This document shows, piece after piece, positions 9,540-18,960 of a stretch of DNA of 64,000 nt. Source of the DNA: an uncultured Armatimonadetes bacterium (GTDB lineage: Bacteria > Armatimonadota > UBA5829 > DTJY01); assembly GCA_963717145.1 (NCBI GenBank), contig OY970325.1, positions 96,001-160,000 of the forward strand, read 5' to 3'. A program made the translations under genes and the position numbers. Numbering within the stretch: the stretch's first letter is position 1; each line of letters starts with the position of its first letter. The notes beneath the pieces are model-generated. The model was not told the DNA's origin, did not search any database, and saw only the letters and a program-made list of their open reading frames with translations.

Positions 9540-11393
9540 TCATTCACGGCTCGGCGGCACGAAGTCGAGGAGGGTGACCGCGTTGGTTTCGAGGCGGAAG
9601 GTGTGCTCAAAGGTCGGTGACTTGGTGAGGGGACGGGTCTCGGCGAGTTCGAGTTCGCGGCGGTCGCGGTTGTTCCAGATGTTGCTGTGGTCCTTGTCGA
9701 CGAGATAGCGGTTGAGCGCGCCTCCCTGAAGCTGGGCGGGGAGATTGGCCAGAGTGAGCGTGATGTCCCTCCGCGCGCCGTATCTCTCCGCGAAGTTGAG
9801 GATCAGCACCGTCACGCGGCCCGTCCGTGGGTCGAGGGACGCAATCCCCGCAAGCTCGTCATCCTCCCCTGAGAGCGCGATCCGCTGAGGCGCGAGCATG
9901 TTGAACATCCTACACGTATTCGCGATCGGCTTCGGCTTGTTGCCGCCCATCAGCATCCCCCACGCGCCCCGGAACGATTCGTCGCCGTCCTTCGCCAGGA
10001 AGTAGCACGTCTTGTCGATGCCGCCGGGGATCATCCCCCTGATGACCGACGCCGCGCACCATGCCGCGCCGAGTTCGTTGTCATGCGGGCGGTCGTTCCA
10101 CCAGGCGTAACTCCACTCGGTGAGGATGAACTCGCGGACCTGCGCCTTCACCCTGGGATAGTCCTGCAGGTATCGGCGCGTCGTCTCGGCCTCGTCCTTT
10201 ATCGTGCGCCACTCCTGGAAGTATTCGTGCCAGGTGATGAAGTCGAGCGGCATGCCCGTCGTCTCGCAGTGAGCCATCAGCCCGCGCATGAAGTCCTCGC
10301 CGCGGATGAACGCGGTCCCCTTCTCGGCGTTCCAAGGCCCGGCGGCATTACAAGGGCCACCGACCCACGCCTTCGGGTCAGCGCGCCTCACTCCACGGGC
10401 GCAGGCGTCGTAGAGCTTGAGGTAGGTCTGCAGCAGGTCCTCTCCGGGATTGGGAACGATCCATCCGGCGTTCGACTCGTTCCACACCTCCCAGTACTTC
10501 ACGTATGCCCCGCGCTCGACGTTGCACCGGTGGACCGCCGCGTAGACGAGGTCCTCCCACTCCTTCCAATCCCGCGGCCGGGCATGGCGGTCGGTGTTCC
10601 GAAACGCCTCGATCGCCTCGGGCATGTATGACAGGCAGATGATCGGCTCGGCCCCGATGCTCTTGATGAAGTCGACGCGCCGGTCGAAGTCCTCCCAATC
10701 GTACCCGATCGAGCCGTCGTCGCGCTTCTTCACAACGTTGGTGAGCACGTTGTCCATGCGAAACCACTTGATCCCGATCTCGCGGAACTTGGCCGCGGTC
10801 TCGGGCGAGTAGTCCGGCATCCCGCCGCCCTGCGAGAGTCCGGCGAACGGCTGCACCAGCTTTCCGATGGACTTCGCGCAATCGACGTTGATCGGGAACG
10901 GCTCATTGACGCGCTTGGGATCAACGAGGGTGAAGTCGGACTCGTTCAGCTCGCCGTCGCCCTCGGAGTCGTCGGAGAGGCCCATGAATGCGCGGACGGC
11001 GACCCAGACGTTCTGCCCCTTGCGCGCGCGGTCGGTGAGAAGGATCATGCCCGCGTGGTCGTTGTCGTAGCGCGACTGGAGCTTCCCATTCACGTAGATC
11101 TCGCCGCCGCCGGGGGTATTCCACTTCATGCCGACGGGAAGGCCCTCGGTCGGCTTGCCGTCGAGCGTCTCAGGGATGGCGACGATTCCCCTGAACCATG
11201 CGTATCCCCGGCACTTCCACTTGTAGCCGCATCGGACGGTCTCCCAGCCTGAGTCGTCGAACAGCATCTTCTGCGCGCCGGACTGATCGCCGGGGTGGAA
11301 ACTCCATTCGAGCTGTCGGCCGGGGTTCTCGGCGGTCTGGCCTGGGGACACTATGATGATCAGGATGGCTATGACTGCGATAATTCTGAGCAT
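9540..11393 (-). CDS. Secreted GH-A clan glycoside hydrolase (GH39-like) with an N-terminal sugar-binding-like domain
   Basis: Signal peptide; YWEVWNE acid/base motif, DFITWHEY, ILTEW nucleophile. Confidence 0.8.
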   Translation of the reverse strand: MLRIIAVIAILIIIVSPGQTAENPGRQLEWSFHPGDQSGAQKMLFDDSGWETVRCGYKWKCRGYAWFRGIVAIPETLDGKPTEGLPVGMKWNTPGGGEIYVNGKLQSRYDNDHAGMILLTDRARKGQNVWVAVRAFMGLSDDSEGDGELNESDFTLVDPKRVNEPFPINVDCAKSIGKLVQPFAGLSQGGGMPDYSPETAAKFREIGIKWFRMDNVLTNVVKKRDDGSIGYDWEDFDRRVDFIKSIGAEPIICLSYMPEAIEAFRNTDRHARPRDWKEWEDLVYAAVHRCNVERGAYVKYWEVWNESNAGWIVPNPGEDLLQTYLKLYDACARGVRRADPKAWVGGPCNAAGPWNAEKGTAFIRGEDFMRGLMAHCETTGMPLDFITWHEYFQEWRTIKDEAETTRRYLQDYPRVKAQVREFILTEWSYAWWNDRPHDNELGAAWCAASVIRGMIPGGIDKTCYFLAKDGDESFRGAWGMLMGGNKPKPIANTCRMFNMLAPQRIALSGEDDELAGIASLDPRTGRVTVLILNFAERYGARRDITLTLANLPAQLQGGALNRYLVDKDHSNIWNNRDRRELELAETRPLTKSPTFEHTFRLETNAVTLLDFVPPSRE

Positions 11394-11421
11394 GGTGAAC
11401 CTCCATGGGGGATCGGGATAC

Positions 11422-11450
11422 ATTCTATGCGCGGCCGGGGGCGGTGTCAA
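11422..11450 (-). promoter_or_regulatory. Sigma70-type promoter of the GH39-like gene
   Basis: TTGACA-17 bp-TAGAAT. Confidence 0.75.
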
Positions 11451-11474
11451 GGACTGTGCGAAGCATCTGGTTGT

Positions 11475-11572
11475 GTAGGAGGGATTTTCCGGGATGGTTT
11501 GTGCCCGGTAATCCCGAATGACGATGCGATCGGGATTACCGGGCACAAACCATCCCGGAAAATCCCTCCTAC
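11475..11572. repeat. GTAG-ended REP-like inverted repeat
   Basis: Perfect 43-bp arms 11475-11517 / 11530-11572, beginning GTAG and ending CTAC. Confidence 0.85.
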
Positions 11573-11580
11573 GCGGAGAC

Positions 11581-11698
11581 AAAAAAAAGAGCCAGAACGG
11601 GGTACAGACGCTGCCCGGACCTGCCCGTTAAGGCCGGCCCCGACGAGTCTCTGTGCCTCACTCTGGCAATTAAGTGTACCGGGGGCACTTTCGGGTAC
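11581..11698 (-). ncRNA. Candidate ~120-nt structured small RNA of unknown family
   Basis: Upstream TATCAT -10 (11704-11709), small 5' hairpin, long imperfect rod-like stem (gccaga...tctggc) ending in a U8 tract; no convincing ORF. Confidence 0.45.
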
Positions 11699-11800
11699 GA
11701 CTTATGATACCCCTACCGACGAGCGGGCAAAACTTCTTTTGGAGTTTCTTTTTTACAGGCATGCCAACTTGGCATATGGGCTACCGAGAGGTTCAGCGGT

Positions 11801-12844
11801 CTACAGTCTGTCCTTATAGGTGTGGCCTGGCCCCGCCGCCACCGTCCGGCCGATGGAGAGTATCCGCGACCTCATGCATCCATCGCAGAGTTCAGGATCC
11901 TCGGTGATGCAGCGCTTCTCGGGGTAGATCTCGTAGTCTACGCGATACTTGAGCGGCGTGTAGTTCGGCATCACGACGTTCGCCCCGGCCATCAGTGCTT
12001 TCTCGCGCCCGAACTCGTCAATCGACCCAACGGCCGTGGTCGCCGGCATCAAGGCGTTCCGAGTGACGATCCTGACGACCGCGATCATCTGTAACGTCAG
12101 CGTCAGGTCGCCGCGGGGTGATTCCGCCAGCGGCGTGTTGGGGTGGGGGATGAACGGCCCGATGCCGATCATGTCGGGGTCGAGTTCGCGCAGGAACTCC
12201 ACGTCGTTCGCCATGTCCTCAACCGTCTGACCGGGAAGCCCGACCATGCAGCCCGCGCCAACCTGGTAGCCCAACTCCTTCAGTTGGTACAGGCACTGAC
12301 GCCGGTTCGCGAACTGCGAGTCGGGGTGGAGGCGTCCGTAGAGTTCGGGGCTCGCGGTCTCATGGCGCAGGAGAAACCGATCAGCGCCGGCCTCCTTCAT
12401 GATGCGGTAATCCTCCCCGGAGCGCTCGCCGATCGAGAGGGTGACCGCGCAGTCGGCCCGCAACTTGATGCCCCGGACGATCTCGGCCACCCGCTCGGAG
12501 GTGAACCAGGGATCCTCGCCGGACTGGAGTACGACCGTCCCGATCCCCTTCCCCGCGATGACGGCCGCCCTCTCGATGATCTCCTCGGGTGTCATGCGGT
12601 ATCTGTGAACCTCGACGTTCTCGCGCCGGAGTCCGCAGTAGAGGCAATCTCGGGCGCAGATGTTGGAGAACTCGATCAGCCCGCGGATGTGTACATCGTC
12701 GCCAACGCATTCCCTGCGGACGTGATCGGCCGCGTCCACCAGACGTGCGATGCCATCGTCATCTCCGAGCGAGAGGAGCGCGATAATCTCCTCCCGCGTC
12801 AGATCGCCGGTCGTTCGTGCTTTCGCCAGTGTATCGTTTGACAT
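11801..12844 (-). CDS. hydE: [FeFe]-hydrogenase H-cluster radical SAM maturase HydE
   Basis: RGLIEFSNICARDCLYCGLR, GIGPFIPHPNTP, GANVVMPN, YEIYPEK. Confidence 0.92.
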   Translation of the reverse strand: MSNDTLAKARTTGDLTREEIIALLSLGDDDGIARLVDAADHVRRECVGDDVHIRGLIEFSNICARDCLYCGLRRENVEVHRYRMTPEEIIERAAVIAGKGIGTVVLQSGEDPWFTSERVAEIVRGIKLRADCAVTLSIGERSGEDYRIMKEAGADRFLLRHETASPELYGRLHPDSQFANRRQCLYQLKELGYQVGAGCMVGLPGQTVEDMANDVEFLRELDPDMIGIGPFIPHPNTPLAESPRGDLTLTLQMIAVVRIVTRNALMPATTAVGSIDEFGREKALMAGANVVMPNYTPLKYRVDYEIYPEKRCITEDPELCDGCMRSRILSIGRTVAAGPGHTYKDRL

Positions 12845-12955
12845 TGTGATTCTCTTCACAGACCAATTGTACCTGAATTCGGTGCTGTAAGTCCAGCGTT
12901 TGCCGGCGTGCATGTGGTATACTATATGCAATCGCGTGCGAATCCGAGGAGCCAC

Positions 12956-13228
12956 ATGTCATTGACTTACACCGTAGTTGTGATGAGAGAGAAGGACGGC
13001 CGATACTCCGTGATGGTGCCTGCGCTGCCCGGTTGCGCCACGTGGGGCGAGACTCTCCCACAGGCTCTCCGCATGGTGGAGGAAGCAGTACTGGCCTATA
13101 TGGACGGTCTGGAAGCGCTGGGCAAGTCGGCGCCCCATGATGTCGAGGCCGTGACCGTCGACTTAGGAGATGCCGCTGAGGCTTCAGTCTACAAGGTGAC
13201 CGTTCAGGAGGAAGCGAAGGTTGCCTAA
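12956..13228 (+). CDS. hicB: HicB-family antitoxin
   Basis: YSVMVPALPGCATWGETLPQALRMVEEAV. Confidence 0.88.
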   Translation: MSLTYTVVVMREKDGRYSVMVPALPGCATWGETLPQALRMVEEAVLAYMDGLEALGKSAPHDVEAVTVDLGDAAEASVYKVTVQEEAKVA

Positions 13229-13448
13229 GCTTCCGAACGTGTCGGGCCGCCAACTGGTGAGTGCGCTGCAGCGATCAGGCTTTGAGACATGCCGCCAGCG
13301 GGGAAGCCACGTGACAATGGTCAACCGCTCAAAGGGACTTACTGTCGTCGTGCCAGTCCATCGTGGAAAGGACCTGCCCCCCGGGACGTTAGCCGGTATT
13401 CTCGCAGGCGCCGGCATCACCGCCGATCAGCTTCGAAACCTGTTGTAG
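13221..13448 (+). CDS. hicA: HicA-family toxin
   Basis: GFETCRQRGSH...VVVPVHRGKDLPPGTLAGIL. Confidence 0.88.
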   Translation: MPKLPNVSGRQLVSALQRSGFETCRQRGSHVTMVNRSKGLTVVVPVHRGKDLPPGTLAGILAGAGITADQLRNLL

Positions 13449-13454
13449 CCCCGC

Positions 13455-14900
13455 CTATACGTACAAATCCCGCTTGCCGTCACGGAGCGCGCCGAGCATC
13501 ATGCGGACCCTCTGCTGGTGCATCGGAGGAAGCTCATCGAGCTGATCGTGGATCAGCCGCTCGCCGGCCTCGCGGGCCTGAGGCGTCGCATGGTCGAGCA
13601 GGTACTCCTGGAACGAGAGGATCGCATTCGGGAGGCACATGTGCCCGATGTCGCCGGTCTTCGCAAGGGACATGAACCGGTCGCCGGTGCGCTCGAGCCG
13701 GTAACATGCCGTGCAGAAGCTCGGTATGAACCCCTTCTGAGAGAGCGTCTCGATCAGCTCCGCGAGACTGCGAGTGTCCCCGATCTCGAACTGCTCGGCC
13801 TCCGGTGCGTGCTGCGCCTTCTTCCCGTATGCGCCCGGCGATGTGCACGACCCCGCGCTTAGCTGCGAAACACCCAGGTCGAACAATTCGTCCCTCAGGT
13901 CCGCCTGTTCCCTGGTGGATAGGATCAGCCCTGTGTACGGCACCGCCAGCCTCAGTGCGGCGACGATCTTGCGGAAGTCCATGTCCGACACGGGGTATGG
14001 CGGTTCGATGGCGACCGGTGCATTCAGCGCCGGTTCGAGCCTCGGTACGGAGATCGTGTGCGGACCGATCCCGAACTTGGCCTCCAGGTAACGGATGTGT
14101 GACAGGAGAGCCAAACATTCGTAGCGAAAGTCGTACAATCCGAACAGCGCGCCGATCCCGACATCGTCGATCCCTGCCTCGATCGCGCGGTCGGGGGCCG
14201 TCAGCCGCCACATGTAGTCGGCCTTCATCCCGGACGGATGAACATACTTGTACGTCTCGGGGTGATAGGTTTCCTGGAATATCTGGTACGTACCTATACC
14301 GCATTCCTTCAGCCTTCGGAAGTCGCCGACGGTCATCGGGGCGGCATTGACGTTGACGCGTCGGATCTCGCCGTCATCGGAGTGAGTGCCGTAGACCGCC
14401 GAGATCGCCTCCTCCAGGTACTCGATCGACGACTTCCCCGGGTCCTCGCCTGCAACGAGCAGGAGGCGCTTGTGACCCTCGGCGAGCAGGACCTTGACCT
14501 CGTCCCGGATCTGATCGGGAGTGAGGCGTGTCCTGTTTAGTTCCCTATTGTCTCGCCGGAAGCCGCAGTAGAGGCAGTTGTTCGTGCAGTAGTTCGAGAG
14601 GTATACCGGCGCGAAGAAGACGAGCCTGCGTCCGTAGACGGTCTCCTTGACCTCGCGGGCCGTCTCGAACACGCGCTCCATCATATGCTCATCTTCTATG
14701 GCAAGGATGGAAGCCAACTCCGCAAGCGTGAGCCCCTTGAGACCGCGAGCGGCCTCGAGGATCGCGTCCAACTCATCGGCGGTCGGCGCTTTGGCCGAGT
14801 CGAGAACGGCGATGATCTCGTCCGGCTGCATGTGGTCGCCGATGTCGACGCTCTTGTCTATGCGAATGGTATGCGGATGTCTCTCTTCCATAACTGCCAA
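13455..14900 (-). CDS. hydG: [FeFe]-hydrogenase H-cluster radical SAM maturase HydG
   Basis: FAPVYLSNYCTNNCLYCGF, PHTISVPR, PSFCTACYR...C; TTG start with AGGAGG RBS. Confidence 0.93.
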   Translation of the reverse strand: MAVMEERHPHTIRIDKSVDIGDHMQPDEIIAVLDSAKAPTADELDAILEAARGLKGLTLAELASILAIEDEHMMERVFETAREVKETVYGRRLVFFAPVYLSNYCTNNCLYCGFRRDNRELNRTRLTPDQIRDEVKVLLAEGHKRLLLVAGEDPGKSSIEYLEEAISAVYGTHSDDGEIRRVNVNAAPMTVGDFRRLKECGIGTYQIFQETYHPETYKYVHPSGMKADYMWRLTAPDRAIEAGIDDVGIGALFGLYDFRYECLALLSHIRYLEAKFGIGPHTISVPRLEPALNAPVAIEPPYPVSDMDFRKIVAALRLAVPYTGLILSTREQADLRDELFDLGVSQLSAGSCTSPGAYGKKAQHAPEAEQFEIGDTRSLAELIETLSQKGFIPSFCTACYRLERTGDRFMSLAKTGDIGHMCLPNAILSFQEYLLDHATPQAREAGERLIHDQLDELPPMHQQRVRMMLGALRDGKRDLYV

Positions 14901-14940
14901 CTTACTGCCTCCTGGGTCTCGAAAGGAAACGCCCGAACGT

Positions 14941-15003
14941 TGTAGGGGCGTGCCTCGTGCCGCCCGGTATCGTGTTAAGGGCGGCACAAGGCACGCCCCT
15001 ACA
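14941..15003. repeat. GTAG-type REP doublet
   Basis: tgtaggggcgtgcctcgtgccgccc ... gggcggcacaaggcacgcccctaca. Confidence 0.85.
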
Positions 15004-15023
15004 GCGCCTTCATTACTCCTACG

Positions 15024-16796
15024 TTAGCGTGATTTCGCCAGCTCTTGCGGCATGTCGATCGCAGGGTACTTCTGCCTGCGAGTGTAGTGAGTGTGCAACA
15101 GCTTGTGCGACATCTCACCGTTCGGCGCTCCGAGGAACTCCTCGTACAGAGTCGCTACTGCCGGGTTCTCGTGCGACTTGCGCATCGGCATGCCGCGGTC
15201 GTCGTCGTAGATCGCCCGCGCGCGCGCCATGCGGATCTCCGGAGTCGTCGGGAACGGCTGTCCGCCGCCACCGAGACATCCGCCGGGGCACGCCATGATC
15301 TCGATGAAGTGATAGTCCGAGTCGCCATTCTTGATCGCCTCGAGCAGCTTGCGGGCATTGGCCAGACCGTGGGCGACCGCGGCCTTGACCTGCAGACCGT
15401 CGATGTCGACTGTGGCCTCTTTGACGCCCTGCATGCCTCGGACCGCGTCGATTTCGACGTCATCGAGCGCGTCGCCGGTGATCACCTCGTAGGCGGTCCG
15501 AAGCGCCGCTTCCATGACGCCGCCGGTCGCGCCGAAGATGACGCCGCGCCGGTGGACATGCCGAGCGGGTCGTCGAACTCGCCGTCATGCAGGTTCGGCA
15601 GGTCGATACCGGCCTCTTTGATCATGCCGGCCGCCTCGCGAGTGGTCAGGACGTAGTCCACGTCCTTGATAGCCGCTGGAGATACATCTCAGGCCGTCGC
15701 GACTCGAACTTCTTCGCGGCGCACGGCATGATCGAGACGACGACCATGTTCGTCGGGTCGATGCCCGATCTTCTCCGCGTAGTAGGTCTTCGCGAGCGCG
15801 CCGAACATCTGCTGCGGGATCTTGCAGCGTCGAGAGATGCGGCAGCAGCTCCGGGTAGAAGTGCTCGATGAACTTGATCCAACCCGGGAGCACGACGTGA
15901 TCATGCGGGAGCACGCCGCCGTTCTGGTCACGCGCTCGATCAGCTCGTGCCCTCTTCCATGATGGTCAGGTCGGCGGTGAAGTCGGTGTCGAACACCTTG
16001 TCGAAGCCGAGCATCTTCAGCGCAGTGACCATCTTGCCGGTGACGCGGCTTCCGGCGGCATGCCGAACTCCTCGCCGATCGCCGCGCGGACAGCCGGGGC
16101 GGTCTGCACGACCACGTACTTGTCGGGGTCGTAGATCGCGTCCCAGATCTCCGGAGCAGGGTCCTTGGCCTTGAGCGCGCCGGTGGGGCAGCGGTTGATG
16201 CACTGGCCGCAGTTCACGCAGACCGACATCCGCGAGTCGGCTTGCCGAGGGCCGGGCCGATCGTCGGTCTCCCATCCGCGATTGCTCGCGAACAGCGCGC
16301 CGACGCTCTGGATCTCGTGGCACACTCGGACGCATCGCTTGCACAGGATGCACTTCTCCGGGTTGCGGATCAGGGACGGGCTCGATACGTCGAGCGGCTG
16401 CTCGCGGCGCTCGCCCTTGAACCGGACCTCCTGGATGCCCAGCTCCTTCGCCAGCTTCTGAAGCTCGCACTTCTGGTTGGCGGAGCAGGTGAGACAGTCC
16501 TGAGGATGGTTCGCGAGCAGCAGCTCGACGATCATCCGGCGCGCCTCGCGGACCTTCGGGGAGTGAGTGTTGACCTCCATCCCTTCGGACACCGGGTACG
16601 CGCATGCCGGGCACAGGAGACGCTGTCCCTTGACCTCGACCACGCAGATTCGGCACACACCCTCGACGCTCAGGTCCGGATGGTAGCAGAGCGTCGGGAT
16701 GTATATCCCGGCCTTCTGCGCGGCCTGGAGGATTGTCATTCCCTCCTCGGCCTGCACTCGCTGGCCGTTGATCTTGATGTTCACTGAATTAGCCAT
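15024..16796 (-). CDS. hydA: Group A multimeric [FeFe]-hydrogenase catalytic subunit (several apparent frameshifts)
   Basis: N-terminal 2Fe-2S (IPTLCYHP...CRICVVE), HPQDCLTC, 2x4Fe-4S; H-cluster motifs MITSCS, IMPCAAKKFE, EIMACPGGCLGGGGQP spread over several frames. Confidence 0.9.
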
Positions 16797-18442
16797 TTGC
16801 TTGGGCACCCCTTCCGACTTGCTCCATCGCGCACACCCCGGTGGGGCAGTTACCTGTCCTGCGACGTGAGCCAAGATACTCGTTCTTCGAACAGCGGCAG
16901 GCTGGTGACTGAAGGCGATCCCGGCGAACTGGCCGAGTCCGCACCTGGATGACGAGGCCATCTTGTTGGCCAGGATCAAGCATCATCTCGATGTCGCCTC
17001 GCTTCTCCGTCGCCTGCCGTCCACCAGTTGAGCATCTCGATACATGCGCTTGGTGCCTTCGCGGCACGGAATGCACTGTCCGCACGACTCGTGCTAGAAG
17101 AACTGCCAGCGCAGTTCTGCATCAGATCGACGATGCACTTGTCCTCGTCCACGACGATCAGCGCGCCCGCGCCGGGCGAGAGGTCCTCGTAGGCAAAGCT
17201 TGCGGTCGAGGCTCTCTTTGCCGACGCATACTCCGGACGGACCGCCGATCAGGACCGCCTTGAGCTCCTTGCCGGACTTCGATGCCGCCCGCCATTTCGT
17301 AGATGCACCTCGCGCATCGTGACTCCGAACGGGACTTCGATACACGCCCGGCTACAGTACGTCGCCGCACGGGCGAGAAGATCTTGGTTCCCTTGCTCTT
17401 CTCGGTGCCGATGCCGGAGTACCAGTCGTCGCCGTTCAGCGATGATGTGCGGGATGTTCGCGAGGGTCTCGACGTTGTTGATGACGGTCGGCTGCGGCCC
17501 ACAGTCCCTGAGTCGGCGGGATACGGCGGCTTCACCTGCGATTCGCCCCGTCGTGCCTTCGAGCGACTCGAGCAGGGCCGTCTCTTCGCCGCAGACGTAA
17601 GCGCCCGCGCCCTTGAAGACCTCTATGTCGAAGTCGAAGCCCGAGCCGAAGATGTCCTCGCCGAGCAGGCCCATCTCACGCGCGATCTGCGATTGCCCTC
17701 TGCAGGTTGTGCGACCGACTGCTTGATACTCGCCGCGGATGTAGATGTAGCCCTTGTCCGCACCGACCGCGTAGCCCGCGATGATCATCCCCTCGACGAT
17801 CTGTGCGGGTCGCCTTCGAGGATCAGCCTGTCCTTGAAGTTGCCCGGCTCGCCTTCGTCCGCGTTGCAGATGATCGTCTTCGGCGCGCCTGGTGCGACTT
17901 GGCGGCGAACTCCCACTTGAGTCCTGTCGGGAACGCGGCCGCCACCGCGTCCGCGCAGGTTGGACTTCTTGATCTCGTCGATCACCTGCTCGGGAGTCAT
18001 CGTCGTCAGAGCCTTGCCGACAGCTTCGTAACCGCCGACCGCGATGTACTCCTCGAACGATTTCGGGTCGATGACTCCGACGTTCTTCAGCACGACTTTC
18101 TGCTGCTTGGCGACGAACGGCACCCCGCCTGCGGGACCGCTCTTCGCAATGTCGCCCTTGTATATCAGCCTGGGAACGACTCGTCCCTTGAGGAGGTGCT
18201 CCTCCACGATCTCCTGCGCGTCGGAAGGCATCAGGTTGGCGTAGATCGTCCCCTCGGGGTAGACCACGATGACCGGACCGCACTCCGAGGACGCCCAGAC
18301 AACCGGTCTCGACAACCCGGATTTCGTTGTCCAGCCCCGCCTTCTGTATCTCGTCGTTCAGCGCAGCCTGGACCGCCCTGCTTCCCTTGAGCACGCACGA
18401 TGCGCCGTTGCATACCAGAATGTGTGATCTGTAGAATGGCAT
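16789..18442 (-). CDS. NuoF/HydB-like FMN/NAD(P)H-binding subunit, copy 2 (short, frameshifted)
   Basis: LRGRGG, CNADEGEPGNFKDR, GAGAYVCGEETAL, KPPYP, IGGPSG, SRCGLGQ; ends NCPTGVCAM...NG with no C-terminal ferredoxin domain. Confidence 0.85.
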
Positions 18443-18443
18443 G

Positions 18444-18935
18444 CTAGGCCTCCTTTCCTGCGTAACTGCCGAGAATATCGGGTATCATCTCCGGCGTCAG
18501 GTTGCCGTGAACTTCGTCGTTCACCATGATCGCCGGCGCGACGCCGCAGACCCCGAAGCAACTCACGTGTTCGAGTGTGAACATGCCGTCGCCGGTCGTC
18601 TCGCCATTCTTGATGCCGAGCCTGTCCGCGACTGCGCCGATGATCGCCTTCGAGCCTTCGATGTGGCACGGGGCGCTGTCGCACACTCTGACGACGTACT
18701 TGCCTTTCGGTTTCGTACTGAACAGCGTGTAGAAAGTCGCCGTGCCGTAGACTTCACTGACCGGAATATCCAGTCCCTCTGCCACTTCCTCCATGGCGCT
18801 CTCCGGCAGGAAGCCGAATTTCGCCTGTACCTCGTGCAGGATCGGCAGCAGGTTGCCCCGGAACGCGTTGTGCCTGGCAACGATTGTCTTAATGTCCGCA
18901 GAGCAACACTCTGCGCATTTCTGCCCTGAACTCAA
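18444..18935 (-). CDS. NuoE/HydC-like thioredoxin-fold 2Fe-2S subunit, copy 2
   Basis: ATFYTLF...VCDSAPCHIEG...CFGVCGVAP; TTG start after GGAGG. Confidence 0.9.
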   Translation of the reverse strand: MSSGQKCAECCSADIKTIVARHNAFRGNLLPILHEVQAKFGFLPESAMEEVAEGLDIPVSEVYGTATFYTLFSTKPKGKYVVRVCDSAPCHIEGSKAIIGAVADRLGIKNGETTGDGMFTLEHVSCFGVCGVAPAIMVNDEVHGNLTPEMIPDILGSYAGKEA

Positions 18936-18960
18936 GCGTACACCTCCGTTTATTAGTTCA

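Noticed and set aside
11581-11698. SRP (4.5S) or 6S RNA identity for the candidate RNA
   Set aside because: Size and rod shape suit SRP, but the CAGG/AGCA internal-loop motif is not placed around the apical loop, and it is too short for 6S. Left unassigned pending cmscan.
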